Numbered from the stretch's first letter, positions 9,268 to 17,786 are shown. The stretch is DNA of 49,816 nt from Christensenellales bacterium (GCA_050309765.1 JBNRMU010000051.1:1-49816); one strand, 5' to 3'. Notes: generated by a model not told the origin, from the sequence alone. Program-made: numbers and translations.

Positions 9268-10059
9268 TTATCTTGCGTAGAGCAGGCCCACGATCCAGTT
9301 GGATAGGCGGCGGGGCAACAGCTTTGCCAGCAGCGCTGCGCACTTGTAGGAAAAACCCAGGGCCACCAGCGGCCGGCTGCGAGGCTTTAGGGCGAGGCGA
9401 GCAATGGCCTTGCCGGCGATATCCGGCGACATGCCGCCCCTTTCGTCGCGCTCCATGCCGGCGACGGAGCGCTGGATGCGGCCGGCGTAAACGTCGTCGC
9501 CTTCCTCGGACTTGACCCGCGCGTCCGTAAAGCCGGAGGCGATATCGCCCGGGAGCACGGCGCACACCGAGATGTGAAAGGGCCGAAGCTCGTTTTGCAG
9601 GGCCAGGCAATAGGAGATGAGGGCGGACTTGCTCACGCTGTACCACAGCTGGAAGGGGATGGGCAGGATGCCGGCGATGGAGCTCACGCACACGATGCGG
9701 CCGCCGCCCTGCCGGCGCATGGCAGGCAGCACGGCGCGCGTCACGTTGTCGGTGCCGAACAGGTTCAGCTCCAGCTGGGCGTGCGAGGCAGCGGGCTGCG
9801 TGGTTTCGGCCGCGCCTGAGATGCCAAAGCCGGCGTTGTTGATAAGGATGTCGATGCGGCCCTCATTTGTCAGCACCTGATCGACCGCCTGCCGGACCTG
9901 CATTTCCTGCGTGATGTCGCAGGAAATGTGAAAGACCCCTTCGCTGGGGCGGTCGCGGCGGGAAAACTCATACACGGTCAGACCCGCTTTTTGCAGCTGC
10001 TGCGCCGTGCTGCGGCCGATGCCCTCGCTGCCGCCGGTAACGATGGCGACCTTTTTCAT
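9268..10059 (-). CDS. Classical short-chain dehydrogenase/reductase (263 aa); possible 3-keto-amino-lipid reductase by context
   Basis: ORF 9268..10152. Start at MKKVAIVTGGSEGIGRS (TGxxxGIG), with NNAG and YSVSK (YxxxK) motifs. The ATG overlaps the upstream stop as ATGA (translational coupling). Confidence 0.8.
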   Translation of the reverse strand: MKKVAIVTGGSEGIGRSTAQQLQKAGLTVYEFSRRDRPSEGVFHISCDITQEMQVRQAVDQVLTNEGRIDILINNAGFGISGAAETTQPAASHAQLELNLFGTDNVTRAVLPAMRRQGGGRIVCVSSIAGILPIPFQLWYSVSKSALISYCLALQNELRPFHISVCAVLPGDIASGFTDARVKSEEGDDVYAGRIQRSVAGMERDERGGMSPDIAGKAIARLALKPRSRPLVALGFSYKCAALLAKLLPRRLSNWIVGLLYAR

Positions 10060-11234
10060 GCCTTGGCACCTATGATGTTGCCGATGATCTCGACGGCTTC
10101 GTCGATGAGCGGCTTGGTGAGCGAGGCCATGTAACTGGTGCGCAGCAGGCACTCATTGGGCGCGGCGGCCGGCGGAAGCACGGGATTGACGTACACGCCC
10201 GCCTCGTAAAGCTGCTGGGCCTTGATGAGCGTGTTGTCCGGTTCATAGGTGTAGATAGGCACGATGGGGGTGATGGCCTCGATGATGGGCACCTGCCTGG
10301 CCTTGAGCCCGGCCCGCGCATAGGCAGCCAGATCGCGCAGCTTTTCCGGCAGCTCCGGATGGGCCTTTAAATGGCGCAGCGCCGCCTGGGCGACCGCACA
10401 GGCAGAGGGCGGGATGGAGGCGGAAAAGATAAAGGGGCGCGAGTTGTGCCGCACATAATCGCATACCTGTTCGCTGGCGGCCATATAGCCGCCCAGGCTG
10501 GCCAGGGACTTGGAGAAGGTGCCCATGATGACGTCCACCTCGTCGTCCAGACCGAAGTAGCTGGCGGTGCCGCGACCGCCCTCGCCGATCACGCCCAGGC
10601 CGTGGGCGTCGTCCACCATGACGCGCGCGCCGTACTCCCTGGCCAAACGCACGATCTCGGGGAGATTTGCGATGTCGCCACCCATGGAGAACACGCCGTC
10701 GGTCACGATGAGGATGCCGGCGTTCTCCTGGCTGACGCGCTCCAGGATGGACTTCAGGTGCTCCATGTCCGCATGGCGGTAGCGCAGCATTTTGCCATAG
10801 CTCAAGCGACAGCCGTCGTAGATGCTGGCGTGGTTTTCGCGGTCGCAGATCACATAATCGTTGTGGCCCACCAACGCGCTGATGATGCCCAGATTGGACT
10901 GAAAACCGGTGGAGAAGGTGACCGCGCTTTCCTTATGCACGAAGTCGGCCAGCTCTTTTTCCAACTCCAAATGCATCTGCAGGGTGCCGTTCAGAAAGCG
11001 CGAGCCGGAGCAGCCGGTGCCGTAGCGCTCAAAGGCCTTGATGCCGGCCTCCACGATGGAGGGTTCCGTCGTCAGCCCCAGGTAGTTGTTGGAGCCCAGC
11101 ATGATGCGGCGCTTGCCTTCCATGATGACCTCCACATCCTGCCGGGATTGCAGGGCCCGGAAATAAGGATAGATGCCCATGGCCCTGTACTCGTTCGCCT
11201 TGGTGAAGTTTGCGCATTTGTCGAATAAGTCCAT
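10056..11234 (-). CDS. PLP-dependent alpha-oxoamine synthase, serine-palmitoyltransferase-like (392 aa)
   Basis: ORF 10056..11729. Start moved to MDLFDKCANF with GGAGG 6 nt upstream. Motifs: YPYFRALQS, GSNNYLGL, NHASIYDGC, DDAHGLG, and GTFSKSLASLGG (PLP lysine). From memory these resemble bacterial SPT more than BioF or Kbl. Confidence 0.7.
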   Translation of the reverse strand: MDLFDKCANFTKANEYRAMGIYPYFRALQSRQDVEVIMEGKRRIMLGSNNYLGLTTEPSIVEAGIKAFERYGTGCSGSRFLNGTLQMHLELEKELADFVHKESAVTFSTGFQSNLGIISALVGHNDYVICDRENHASIYDGCRLSYGKMLRYRHADMEHLKSILERVSQENAGILIVTDGVFSMGGDIANLPEIVRLAREYGARVMVDDAHGLGVIGEGGRGTASYFGLDDEVDVIMGTFSKSLASLGGYMAASEQVCDYVRHNSRPFIFSASIPPSACAVAQAALRHLKAHPELPEKLRDLAAYARAGLKARQVPIIEAITPIVPIYTYEPDNTLIKAQQLYEAGVYVNPVLPPAAAPNECLLRTSYMASLTKPLIDEAVEIIGNIIGAKA

Positions 11235-11380
11235 AAGATACCTCCGTGCTATATAAATAAACTGGAATAGGAATGAGATCAGGCTATGCGTATAAAAGAT
11301 AAACAGGAAGCCATCCCAAATGGTAAACATATCAAAAATTCGACGATTTGTCTCAATTAACCCGTATCGTTCTATGCCAA

Positions 11381-11409
11381 AGTATAGCATAAATGTAAAT
11401 TCTCTGCAA
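11381..11409 (-). promoter_or_regulatory. Near-consensus extended -10 promoter for the SPT-like/SDR operon (TTGCAG-N17-TGcTATACT)
   Basis: Read on the coding strand in the mirror copy at 38408-38436. Lies about 147 nt upstream of the start codon. Confidence 0.5.
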
Positions 11410-11479
11410 ACTGCCATAAGCTTTTTAGAAAAAGGAGAGGCCGACAGATGATCCGCAGCAGTTTTTGTATTCTTTGGAA

Positions 11480-11518
11480 TGGAAAAGCGGCCCTTATCAA
11501 AGGATAAGGGCCGCTTTT
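11480..11518 (-). terminator. Rho-independent terminator after the DUF4340-like gene
   Basis: AAAAGCGGCCCTTATC...GATAAGGGCCGCTTTT followed by a T-tract on the coding strand. Confidence 0.8.
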
Positions 11519-11529
11519 GCGTATCGCTT

Positions 11530-12966
11530 TTAGGGGAGCAGCGCGCGCAATTTCGAGAGCATTTCCGCACAGTCGTCCTTGCGCACGGAAACGCCCAGGG
11601 AACCGTTTTTGCGCAGATAGTAGTCGTTGATGCTGGCGTCCAGGTATTCCACGGTGCCGCTGCTGCCATCCGTAAAGCCGTATTCAAGCACGAGGGCGGC
11701 CTTTGTGTCCGCCGGCAGTGTTTGATCATAGACGATGTTGGAGCGCTTCACGTCGCAGATGGCAAGGAACATCTCCTTGAAGGCGGCCTCGTCCACGGCG
11801 GTGCCGTCGCTGCGGGCGACCGTTGTATCTTTGCCGCTGCGATCCAAGGTGAAGGTCGTGCTTTTCCCGTCCAGCGTGACGGTCAATGCGGCAACCTGCC
11901 GATACTGGAAGATGTTGCTGAACTCGCTGACCAGGCCGGGCAATTCAAGATCGTCCAGGAAGGCGAGGCTGTCCCGGTCACCCAGGTAAACCTCCGCGCT
12001 TTCGTTGAAGCGCAGATAGCGGTTGCCCAGGTTGTCGCTGCCGCCCACGGCAATGATAACGCCGCTGTTGTCGCCGTAGGAAAGGGTGATCAGCGCCTGC
12101 GGCTGGTCCAGGCCGTACTGGGCAAAGGCAGCCTCGTCCCCGCACTCGTCCACAAAGTTCAGGAGCTTCAGCGCGCCGATATTGTGCAGATAGTTTTCCA
12201 CCTCGTCGTTGACCACATCCGTCAGGAATGGCTCGTGCAGGTACCAACTGGTGAAGCGGAAACCCGTAGGCTTGCCCATGTAATCCAACAGCAGGTCGGG
12301 CTGGCCTTCCCGCTGCAGCTCAAGGGCGACCACACTGTCCGTGTCGATGGCAAAACCGGAAACGTCGCGGAAGGCCGAACGGCCGCCGGCGTATAGATTC
12401 ACCAGCAGTGCCTTCATCAGGTAGATCTGCTCCTTGCCCGCCTCGCGCACGTAGTAATGGGCGGAGGTGGGCGCCTGATCGCCGATCTCCAGGGTAAAGT
12501 CCTTGCCATCGTAAAAGCGGATGGTGACCACGGATTTGGGCGGCTTCAGGCCGAAGGCGGCGGGATCCGTCACATCGTCTGCGGCTTGGCGCTCGGCCAG
12601 CAATTCCGCCGCGTTGGCAAAGGCGCTCTGGCAGGCGCTCTGGCTGAGCAGCGCGTCGGGGATCTCCTCGGTGTGGTACAACTCGCCGTCATAGCTTACG
12701 TGCAGGGTTTCACCCGTTGCAAGTTCTATGTCGACGGATTGAACGTTCTCCACCTCTGTGTTGGTGAACCAGACGTTTTCCCAACTGTCCTCCACCTTTG
12801 TTTCCTCGGGCCGTGTCAGCCGGTAGATGGCAAAGATGAGGATGCCAAGCAGCGCTAGGCCGGCCAGCACGTACAAAATCAATCTGCTTTTGGACGTATG
12901 GCCGGATTTGACAGTTTTTTTCAGGCTACTGCCCTGGGAAAAGGTGGATTTGGGATCCAACGGCAT
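11530..12966 (-). CDS. Membrane-anchored extracytoplasmic protein, DUF4340-like (478 aa)
   Basis: N-terminal TM helix (LILYVLAGLALLGILIFAIY) followed by a repeated beta-rich ectodomain. The pattern (FGLKPPKSVVTI..., YGLDQPQALITL...) recalls DUF4340. Family assignment is from memory only. Confidence 0.45.
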   Translation of the reverse strand: MPLDPKSTFSQGSSLKKTVKSGHTSKSRLILYVLAGLALLGILIFAIYRLTRPEETKVEDSWENVWFTNTEVENVQSVDIELATGETLHVSYDGELYHTEEIPDALLSQSACQSAFANAAELLAERQAADDVTDPAAFGLKPPKSVVTIRFYDGKDFTLEIGDQAPTSAHYYVREAGKEQIYLMKALLVNLYAGGRSAFRDVSGFAIDTDSVVALELQREGQPDLLLDYMGKPTGFRFTSWYLHEPFLTDVVNDEVENYLHNIGALKLLNFVDECGDEAAFAQYGLDQPQALITLSYGDNSGVIIAVGGSDNLGNRYLRFNESAEVYLGDRDSLAFLDDLELPGLVSEFSNIFQYRQVAALTVTLDGKSTTFTLDRSGKDTTVARSDGTAVDEAAFKEMFLAICDVKRSNIVYDQTLPADTKAALVLEYGFTDGSSGTVEYLDASINDYYLRKNGSLGVSVRKDDCAEMLSKLRALLP

Positions 12967-13030
12967 GGATGATCACGCTCCGATACGAATCTGCCGGGGA
13001 TAACATTCCCCGATTCACTGAATTGTTATA

Positions 13031-13076
13031 AACCAAAGAGAAGAGAATGCGGCCTTTCGAAAAGGAAAGGCCGCAT
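13031..13076 (-). terminator. Rho-independent terminator after the ABC permease genes
   Basis: ATGCGGCCTTTC...GAAAGGCCGCAT followed by TCTCTTCTCTTTGGTTT on the coding strand. Confidence 0.7.
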
Positions 13077-13104
13077 ACAGAACAACTTGCCATGAATGGA
13101 ACGA

Positions 13105-14046
13105 TCAGCCTTTGACAGCTCCCAGCGTCATGCCCTTTACGAAATACCTCTGCAGGAAGGGGTAAATCATGGCGATAGGCACGACGGAGATGACTGTCAT
13201 GGCAGCACGGATGGTCTGCGTCGTCACACGGCCGGATTCCTCTGTTGCCTGGGACGCAACAGCATCCATGGTAACAGAGTCGCCCGTCATGGAGTTGGCG
13301 GTATCCAGCACCTTCTTCAGCTCATACTGCAGGGTGGACAGGTCCTTGACGGAGGAGCAGTAAAGCATGGTGTCGAACCACTGGTTCCACTGCGAGACCG
13401 ACACGAACAGGCCGATGGTGGCGATAACCGGCATGGAGAGCGGGAAGATGATCTGGAACAGGATGCGGTACTCGCTGGCACCGTCGATCTTGGCGGATTC
13501 CACAAGCTCGAAGGGAATGCCGTCGATGAAAGAGCGCATGACCAGCACGTTGAAGGCGGAGATGGCATGCGGCAGGATGTACACCAGGAAGTTGTTCATC
13601 AGGCCGTAAGCGCGATAGGTCAGGAAGGTCGGGATCAGACCGCCGGATACGTACATGGTGAAGAGCACCAGCTTGGTCACAAAGCCGCGCAGCACGTAAT
13701 CGCGCCTGGTCATGACAAAGGCCAACATCATGGAAAGCGGGATGCTCAGCGCTGTGCCAAGCACGGCGCGCAGGGCGGAGATCAGGGCCGAATGCGGGAT
13801 GGACGTGGTGCGCACCAGGATCGTCTCATAGGACTTGAGGGAGAAAACCCTGGGCCAGAGATAAATGCCGCCATACACAGCATCGATGGAATCGTTGAAG
13901 GAAATGGCGATGGTGTTCAAAAACGGATACAACGTGATCACGCACACGATGAGCATGAGGATCGTGTTGATGGTATCGAAAATGGCGTTCTCTGCCTTTG
14001 CAGATAGGATGCCCATTTTCTCCTTTTGCTTAACCTGTGTTGTCAT
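13105..14046 (-). CDS. Carbohydrate ABC transporter permease (LplC/YtcP-like)
   Basis: Multi-TM protein with EAA loop VESAKIDGASEYRILFQIIFPLSMP. GGAGG RBS present. Confidence 0.85.
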   Translation of the reverse strand: MTTQVKQKEKMGILSAKAENAIFDTINTILMLIVCVITLYPFLNTIAISFNDSIDAVYGGIYLWPRVFSLKSYETILVRTTSIPHSALISALRAVLGTALSIPLSMMLAFVMTRRDYVLRGFVTKLVLFTMYVSGGLIPTFLTYRAYGLMNNFLVYILPHAISAFNVLVMRSFIDGIPFELVESAKIDGASEYRILFQIIFPLSMPVIATIGLFVSVSQWNQWFDTMLYCSSVKDLSTLQYELKKVLDTANSMTGDSVTMDAVASQATEESGRVTTQTIRAAMTVISVVPIAMIYPFLQRYFVKGMTLGAVKG

Positions 14047-14064
14047 TGAAGAGGGCCTCCTTTC

Positions 14065-15027
14065 TTACAGAAGCGAGTCGCCGTCCAGCAGCTTGGCAAA
14101 CTGGTTGCTGACAACGATCAGAACGATGGAGACCAGGGAGTTGAAGATACTCAGGGCGGAGCCCTTGCTCCACTGCTGGAACTTCATCGCGTAGTTGTAA
14201 ATGTAAACCTCAAGGGTGGTGGCCGTCTCCACGGTGGAAGCGGACATCAACACGTACACCTGTTCAAAACCGACGGAGAGCAGACGGCCGATGGAAAGCA
14301 CGAGCAAAATCTTGATCGTAGGCGCGATGGAAGGCAACGTGATGGACCAGATCTTGCGGATGCGGCTGGCGCCGTCGATGTCGGCGGATTCATACAGGCT
14401 GGGGTCAATGGCCGTCATGGCGGAGAGGTATACGATCGCTCCGTAACCGGAGTTTTTCCATACCTCCGCAAAAGCAACAACCCACCAGAACAGTTTCGGC
14501 TGTCCCATGAAGGCAATAGGCGCCTTGGTGAGCCCTAGCTTTAACAGCAATTCGTTCACGATACCGCTTTCAGGCGAAAGTGTAACGAACAGAAGGTTTG
14601 CTGCAACGACCCAGGATACGAAGTGGGGCAGGTAGGAGATGGTCTGCACCGTGCGCTTGTAGCCGGTCCAGCGGATCTCGTTGATCAGCACGGCAAGCAG
14701 CAGGGTGAAGACGTAGGAGAAGATGATCTTCAAAACACCGATACCCAGCGAGTTGCGCAGGGCACGGAAGAAGTTCTTATCGGAGAACAGATCGATAAAG
14801 TTCTTAAAGCCAACCCATTCCTGCTGCCAGAAGGTAATCTTGTTGGATGCCTTATAGTTTTGGAACGCAATCAGCCAGCCCCAAAGGGGAAAGTAGGAGA
14901 ATACGATGACGAATAAGATCGGCAAGGAGAGCACCAGCAATTGACGCTGTTTCCAAAGCCTTTGCCAGAAACCCTGTCCGCTGCCCATTCGGGTTCTGCT
15001 GCCGGCAGATTTTGTGACCGAGGTCAT
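14065..15027 (-). CDS. Carbohydrate ABC transporter permease (LplB/YteP-like)
   Basis: Multi-TM protein with EAA loop YESADIDGASRIRKIWSITLPSIAP. AAGGGGG RBS present. Confidence 0.85.
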   Translation of the reverse strand: MTSVTKSAGSRTRMGSGQGFWQRLWKQRQLLVLSLPILFVIVFSYFPLWGWLIAFQNYKASNKITFWQQEWVGFKNFIDLFSDKNFFRALRNSLGIGVLKIIFSYVFTLLLAVLINEIRWTGYKRTVQTISYLPHFVSWVVAANLLFVTLSPESGIVNELLLKLGLTKAPIAFMGQPKLFWWVVAFAEVWKNSGYGAIVYLSAMTAIDPSLYESADIDGASRIRKIWSITLPSIAPTIKILLVLSIGRLLSVGFEQVYVLMSASTVETATTLEVYIYNYAMKFQQWSKGSALSIFNSLVSIVLIVVSNQFAKLLDGDSLL

Positions 15028-15104
15028 GCGGATTTTACCCCCTTTTCATTATTTGTCCAAGGGATGAGCGTCCAATGTAAATAGGATGCTCTCTGAATGT
15101 TTGT

Positions 15105-15142
15105 AGAAGGAAAGGGGTACGTCGTGAGGACGAACCCCTTTC
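15105..15142 (-). promoter_or_regulatory. Stable intercistronic hairpin between the binding-protein and permease genes (partial terminator or mRNA stabiliser)
   Basis: GAAAGGGGTTCGTC-ctcac-GACGTACCCCTTTC (13 of 14 bp) followed by CTTCT. Read in the mirror copy at 34675-34712. Confidence 0.5.
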
Positions 15143-15182
15143 TCCGTTCAATTTTGCTTAATCAGGTATCGGAACTGACAGC

Positions 15183-16943
15183 TTAGTTCCTGTAGTTGGG
15201 AGCGCTCTCCTTGATCATCTGGGTGGCCAGCTCCTCATACTCGCGCAGAGGCAGATCGGCAAGCTTGCCAACAAACTCGTCCCAAACCTTGTCAAAGTCT
15301 TCGGGTTTGGCCATGGCCAGCTTGGGCACGTACTCCAAGGTGATCTCCAGAGCGGTCTCACCAGCGATCTTTCTGGGGTCGGAGGTGTCGATGCGCTGAC
15401 GGATGGACCAGCCGGGTTCGTGATCAGCATCATAAGAAGGATTGAACCAGCCTACGAAGGTGTCGTAGCCCCTGTCGGCATAGTGGGACAGGAACTCGAC
15501 TTCGTAAGGCTCGTAAGCGAGCTGGGCGTACTCGGGAGTGTTGGAAGGAGAAGCGATGGTCTTGCACTCGGGGAACTCCACCAGGTTGGGCCAGAAGTGG
15601 AACCAGCTCAGCTGGCTGATACCGGAGTTCTGGAGATATTCGACGTTGTTGTACTGCTTCCACTGCTCCTCGGTCTTGACGAGCTTGCCATCAGCATCGT
15701 AGTCCCAGTCGGTGCCCTGGATGCCCCAGCGCAGGACGATCTGGTTCTCTTCCTTGGCAAGGTCATCCCAGAACTGCGCAACACGGTCGGGATCCTTGCA
15801 GGATACGGTGATGGCGAAACCGGAACCGCCGCCGAACTGACGCGGGCCGCGATAACGCTCGGTGGTGACGCCGGGCAGAACCACGGGGAAAGCAACCAGC
15901 ATGCGGGAAGGATCGTTGGCCTCAAGGGCGTCCAAACCAACGGAGATCATGCTCCTCTGGTCATACAGACCGGAGATACGGCCGGAGCCGATCTTAGCCT
16001 GATACTGCTCGTCGGTCTGCATCCACATTTCGGGGTCGGCGATGCCCAGGTTCCACATGGTGTTCAGCATCTTGCAGAATTCCTTCTGGAAGTCCTGATC
16101 CATGATGATCTTGGCCTCGAGGGTGTCGGGATCAACGATGGTCAAACCGTCGTTCTGGTAGCCGACCAGGAAGCGGGAGCCGCCGTACTGGATAGCGGAA
16201 GCACGCCAGGCTTCGGAAGGCTCGGAAACGCCGATGGTGGGCTGGCCGTTGTAGGTGGGGTTCTTCTCGCAGTAGTCGATAATCAGCTGCTGCCACTCGT
16301 TAAAGTCCTTAACAACGGGATAGCCAGCCTGGGCCAGCAGATCCATGTTGAGGTAGTAACCAGCGGCGGGGTAGACGGAGTTCTCGGAGGCATGGTTGCC
16401 CAGCCAGTAGATCTCGCCGTCTTCCTGCGTCATCAGCTTCCTCTGGGAAGCGGTGTAGCAGGCGCCCAGGTTCGGCATGGTGTCCAGGTACTTGGTCAGG
16501 CCGATGAAAGCATCCGCGGCATAGAAGTCACCGGAAGCGTCGCCGGTGGTCATCATGTCGGGATACTCGCCGGCAGCGGTCAGCAGGGAAGCCTTCTGAC
16601 GAACGTCAGAACCGACCAGGTATTCGATCTCCAGGTCGACATTGGTCTTCTCGGCCAGGTACTGTCCAACGGGGGTGTCCTTCCAGGGATCCACCACGGT
16701 GGTGGCGGAGCTCATGTAGAGCATGGAGAACGTCGCGGGAGTCCTCTCCTCGCTGGCTTCTTCGACGGGAGCCTCGGCTTCTTCAGCGGGCTCGGTCGCA
16801 GTTTCAGCAGGAGTAGTGGTGGCGGACTCCGCAGGGGTGTTGTCCGCGGCGGGAGCCGGAGACTCTGCAGCAGGCGTACAGCCGACAAACAGAGAAAGCA
16901 CCAGCATCGCGATCAACACAAGAGACAAAATCTTGCGAGTCAT
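15183..16943 (-). CDS. Extracellular solute-binding lipoprotein of the sugar ABC importer (large LplA-like family, 586 aa)
   Basis: Signal peptide with lipobox LSLFVGC, then a Pro/Ala/Glu/Thr-rich linker and a large SBP domain. AGGAGGAGG RBS present. Confidence 0.85.
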   Translation of the reverse strand: MTRKILSLVLIAMLVLSLFVGCTPAAESPAPAADNTPAESATTTPAETATEPAEEAEAPVEEASEERTPATFSMLYMSSATTVVDPWKDTPVGQYLAEKTNVDLEIEYLVGSDVRQKASLLTAAGEYPDMMTTGDASGDFYAADAFIGLTKYLDTMPNLGACYTASQRKLMTQEDGEIYWLGNHASENSVYPAAGYYLNMDLLAQAGYPVVKDFNEWQQLIIDYCEKNPTYNGQPTIGVSEPSEAWRASAIQYGGSRFLVGYQNDGLTIVDPDTLEAKIIMDQDFQKEFCKMLNTMWNLGIADPEMWMQTDEQYQAKIGSGRISGLYDQRSMISVGLDALEANDPSRMLVAFPVVLPGVTTERYRGPRQFGGGSGFAITVSCKDPDRVAQFWDDLAKEENQIVLRWGIQGTDWDYDADGKLVKTEEQWKQYNNVEYLQNSGISQLSWFHFWPNLVEFPECKTIASPSNTPEYAQLAYEPYEVEFLSHYADRGYDTFVGWFNPSYDADHEPGWSIRQRIDTSDPRKIAGETALEITLEYVPKLAMAKPEDFDKVWDEFVGKLADLPLREYEELATQMIKESAPNYRN

Positions 16944-17021
16944 GGTTTACCTCCTCCTCATATTTACGTTTGCCTTTACAGTTGTCCAAGGGCAAATGCT
17001 TGGGGCAAACGATCGGGGTAA

Positions 17022-17051
17022 ATATATTCAGAAGCAGCAAGATGCTTCCAA
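17022..17051 (-). promoter_or_regulatory. Weak candidate promoter for the ABC importer operon (TTGGAA-N18-TGaATATAT)
   Basis: Read in the mirror copy at 32766-32795, about 80 nt upstream of the SBP start. Confidence 0.3.
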
Positions 17052-17672
17052 ATAACGGGAAAAGAATAGAAAACCGGCGGTCTCGACCGATTCTGAAGGG
17101 AAAGGACCTGGAACAAAAAACAACAGAATGTTGTTGGTCAAAAAACAACGATGTGAAACATGTGTATGCGCACGGCAGGCCTGCCTGGCCGGATGCATCT
17201 CAAGGGAACACATTTGCGGATCTGCTGCTTCGTGCCTGCAATCCATTAGCAAAGATGCACAAAACTCTAAGCATTATTGTATACACTTTTTCTTATTTTG
17301 ATAAGTAACTGTAAGCGATAAAACACTCACTGACAGCGAAATATAAATAGAAATGAAAAAAGACTGCACCACCTAACAAGAAGGAAAAAACATTGCACAA
17401 AAGGCTTTTTTTCCATAGTAGCAAGTATTTGCTATGGGAAGCACACAATAATAACGACCGGAAGGCATTGTATGGAAGTTGGATACACAAACAGGGTCAA
17501 GCCGCGGGCGCACCAAAGATGCGTGTGCCCCGGTGTGCCGTACCGCCTACGCAGAGACTGCTTCGACGGATGTCCTTCCGGTATCGCACAGGACGTACTG
17601 CACATCGGAAACAAGTTGTAGAAATTTATAATTTTATTGAAATGGAAGGCGGTCGCGAATATGCTTGATGCA

Positions 17673-17712
17673 TAAAAAACGGCCTGCGGCAGGAGAACCT
17701 GCAACAAGCCGT
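17673..17712 (-). terminator. Rho-independent terminator after rpmF
   Basis: ACGGCTTGTTGCAGG-ttctc-CCTGCCGCAGGCCGT followed by TTTTTT on the coding strand. Confidence 0.75.
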
Positions 17713-17786
17713 TTTTGTACCGTGTTGTCCGCCGGAAAGCAAACGAAGGATTTGCTCAGGCAGAAAGGGTTTTGCCCGAAAAAGGA

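Noticed and set aside
10056-11234. Annotating the alpha-oxoamine synthase as BioF (biotin synthesis) or Kbl (threonine degradation)
   Set aside because: There are no bio genes or tdh nearby. The PLP-lysine motif GTFSKS and the HASIYDG motif look SPT-like, and the coupled partner is a classical 263-aa SDR. This is still unproven, so the call is kept generic (alpha-oxoamine synthase, SPT-like).
15420-17021. 533-aa ORF on the plus strand
   Set aside because: It is antisense to the solute-binding protein gene. It shows low-complexity Gly/Val/Leu/Asp composition and no RBS. The same reasoning applies to 4118..5131, 8146..9036, 10371..11228, 11479..12396, 13096..14007, 17715..18641 and 19315..20115, and to all their mirror copies.
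16944-17786. tRNA, rRNA, CRISPR repeats or a known riboswitch in the long non-coding gap (and elsewhere in the window)
   Set aside because: Scanning by eye found no T-loop-like GTTCRANYC with matching acceptor stems, no regularly spaced direct repeats and no recognisable riboswitch cores. This needs a covariance-model scan to be certain.
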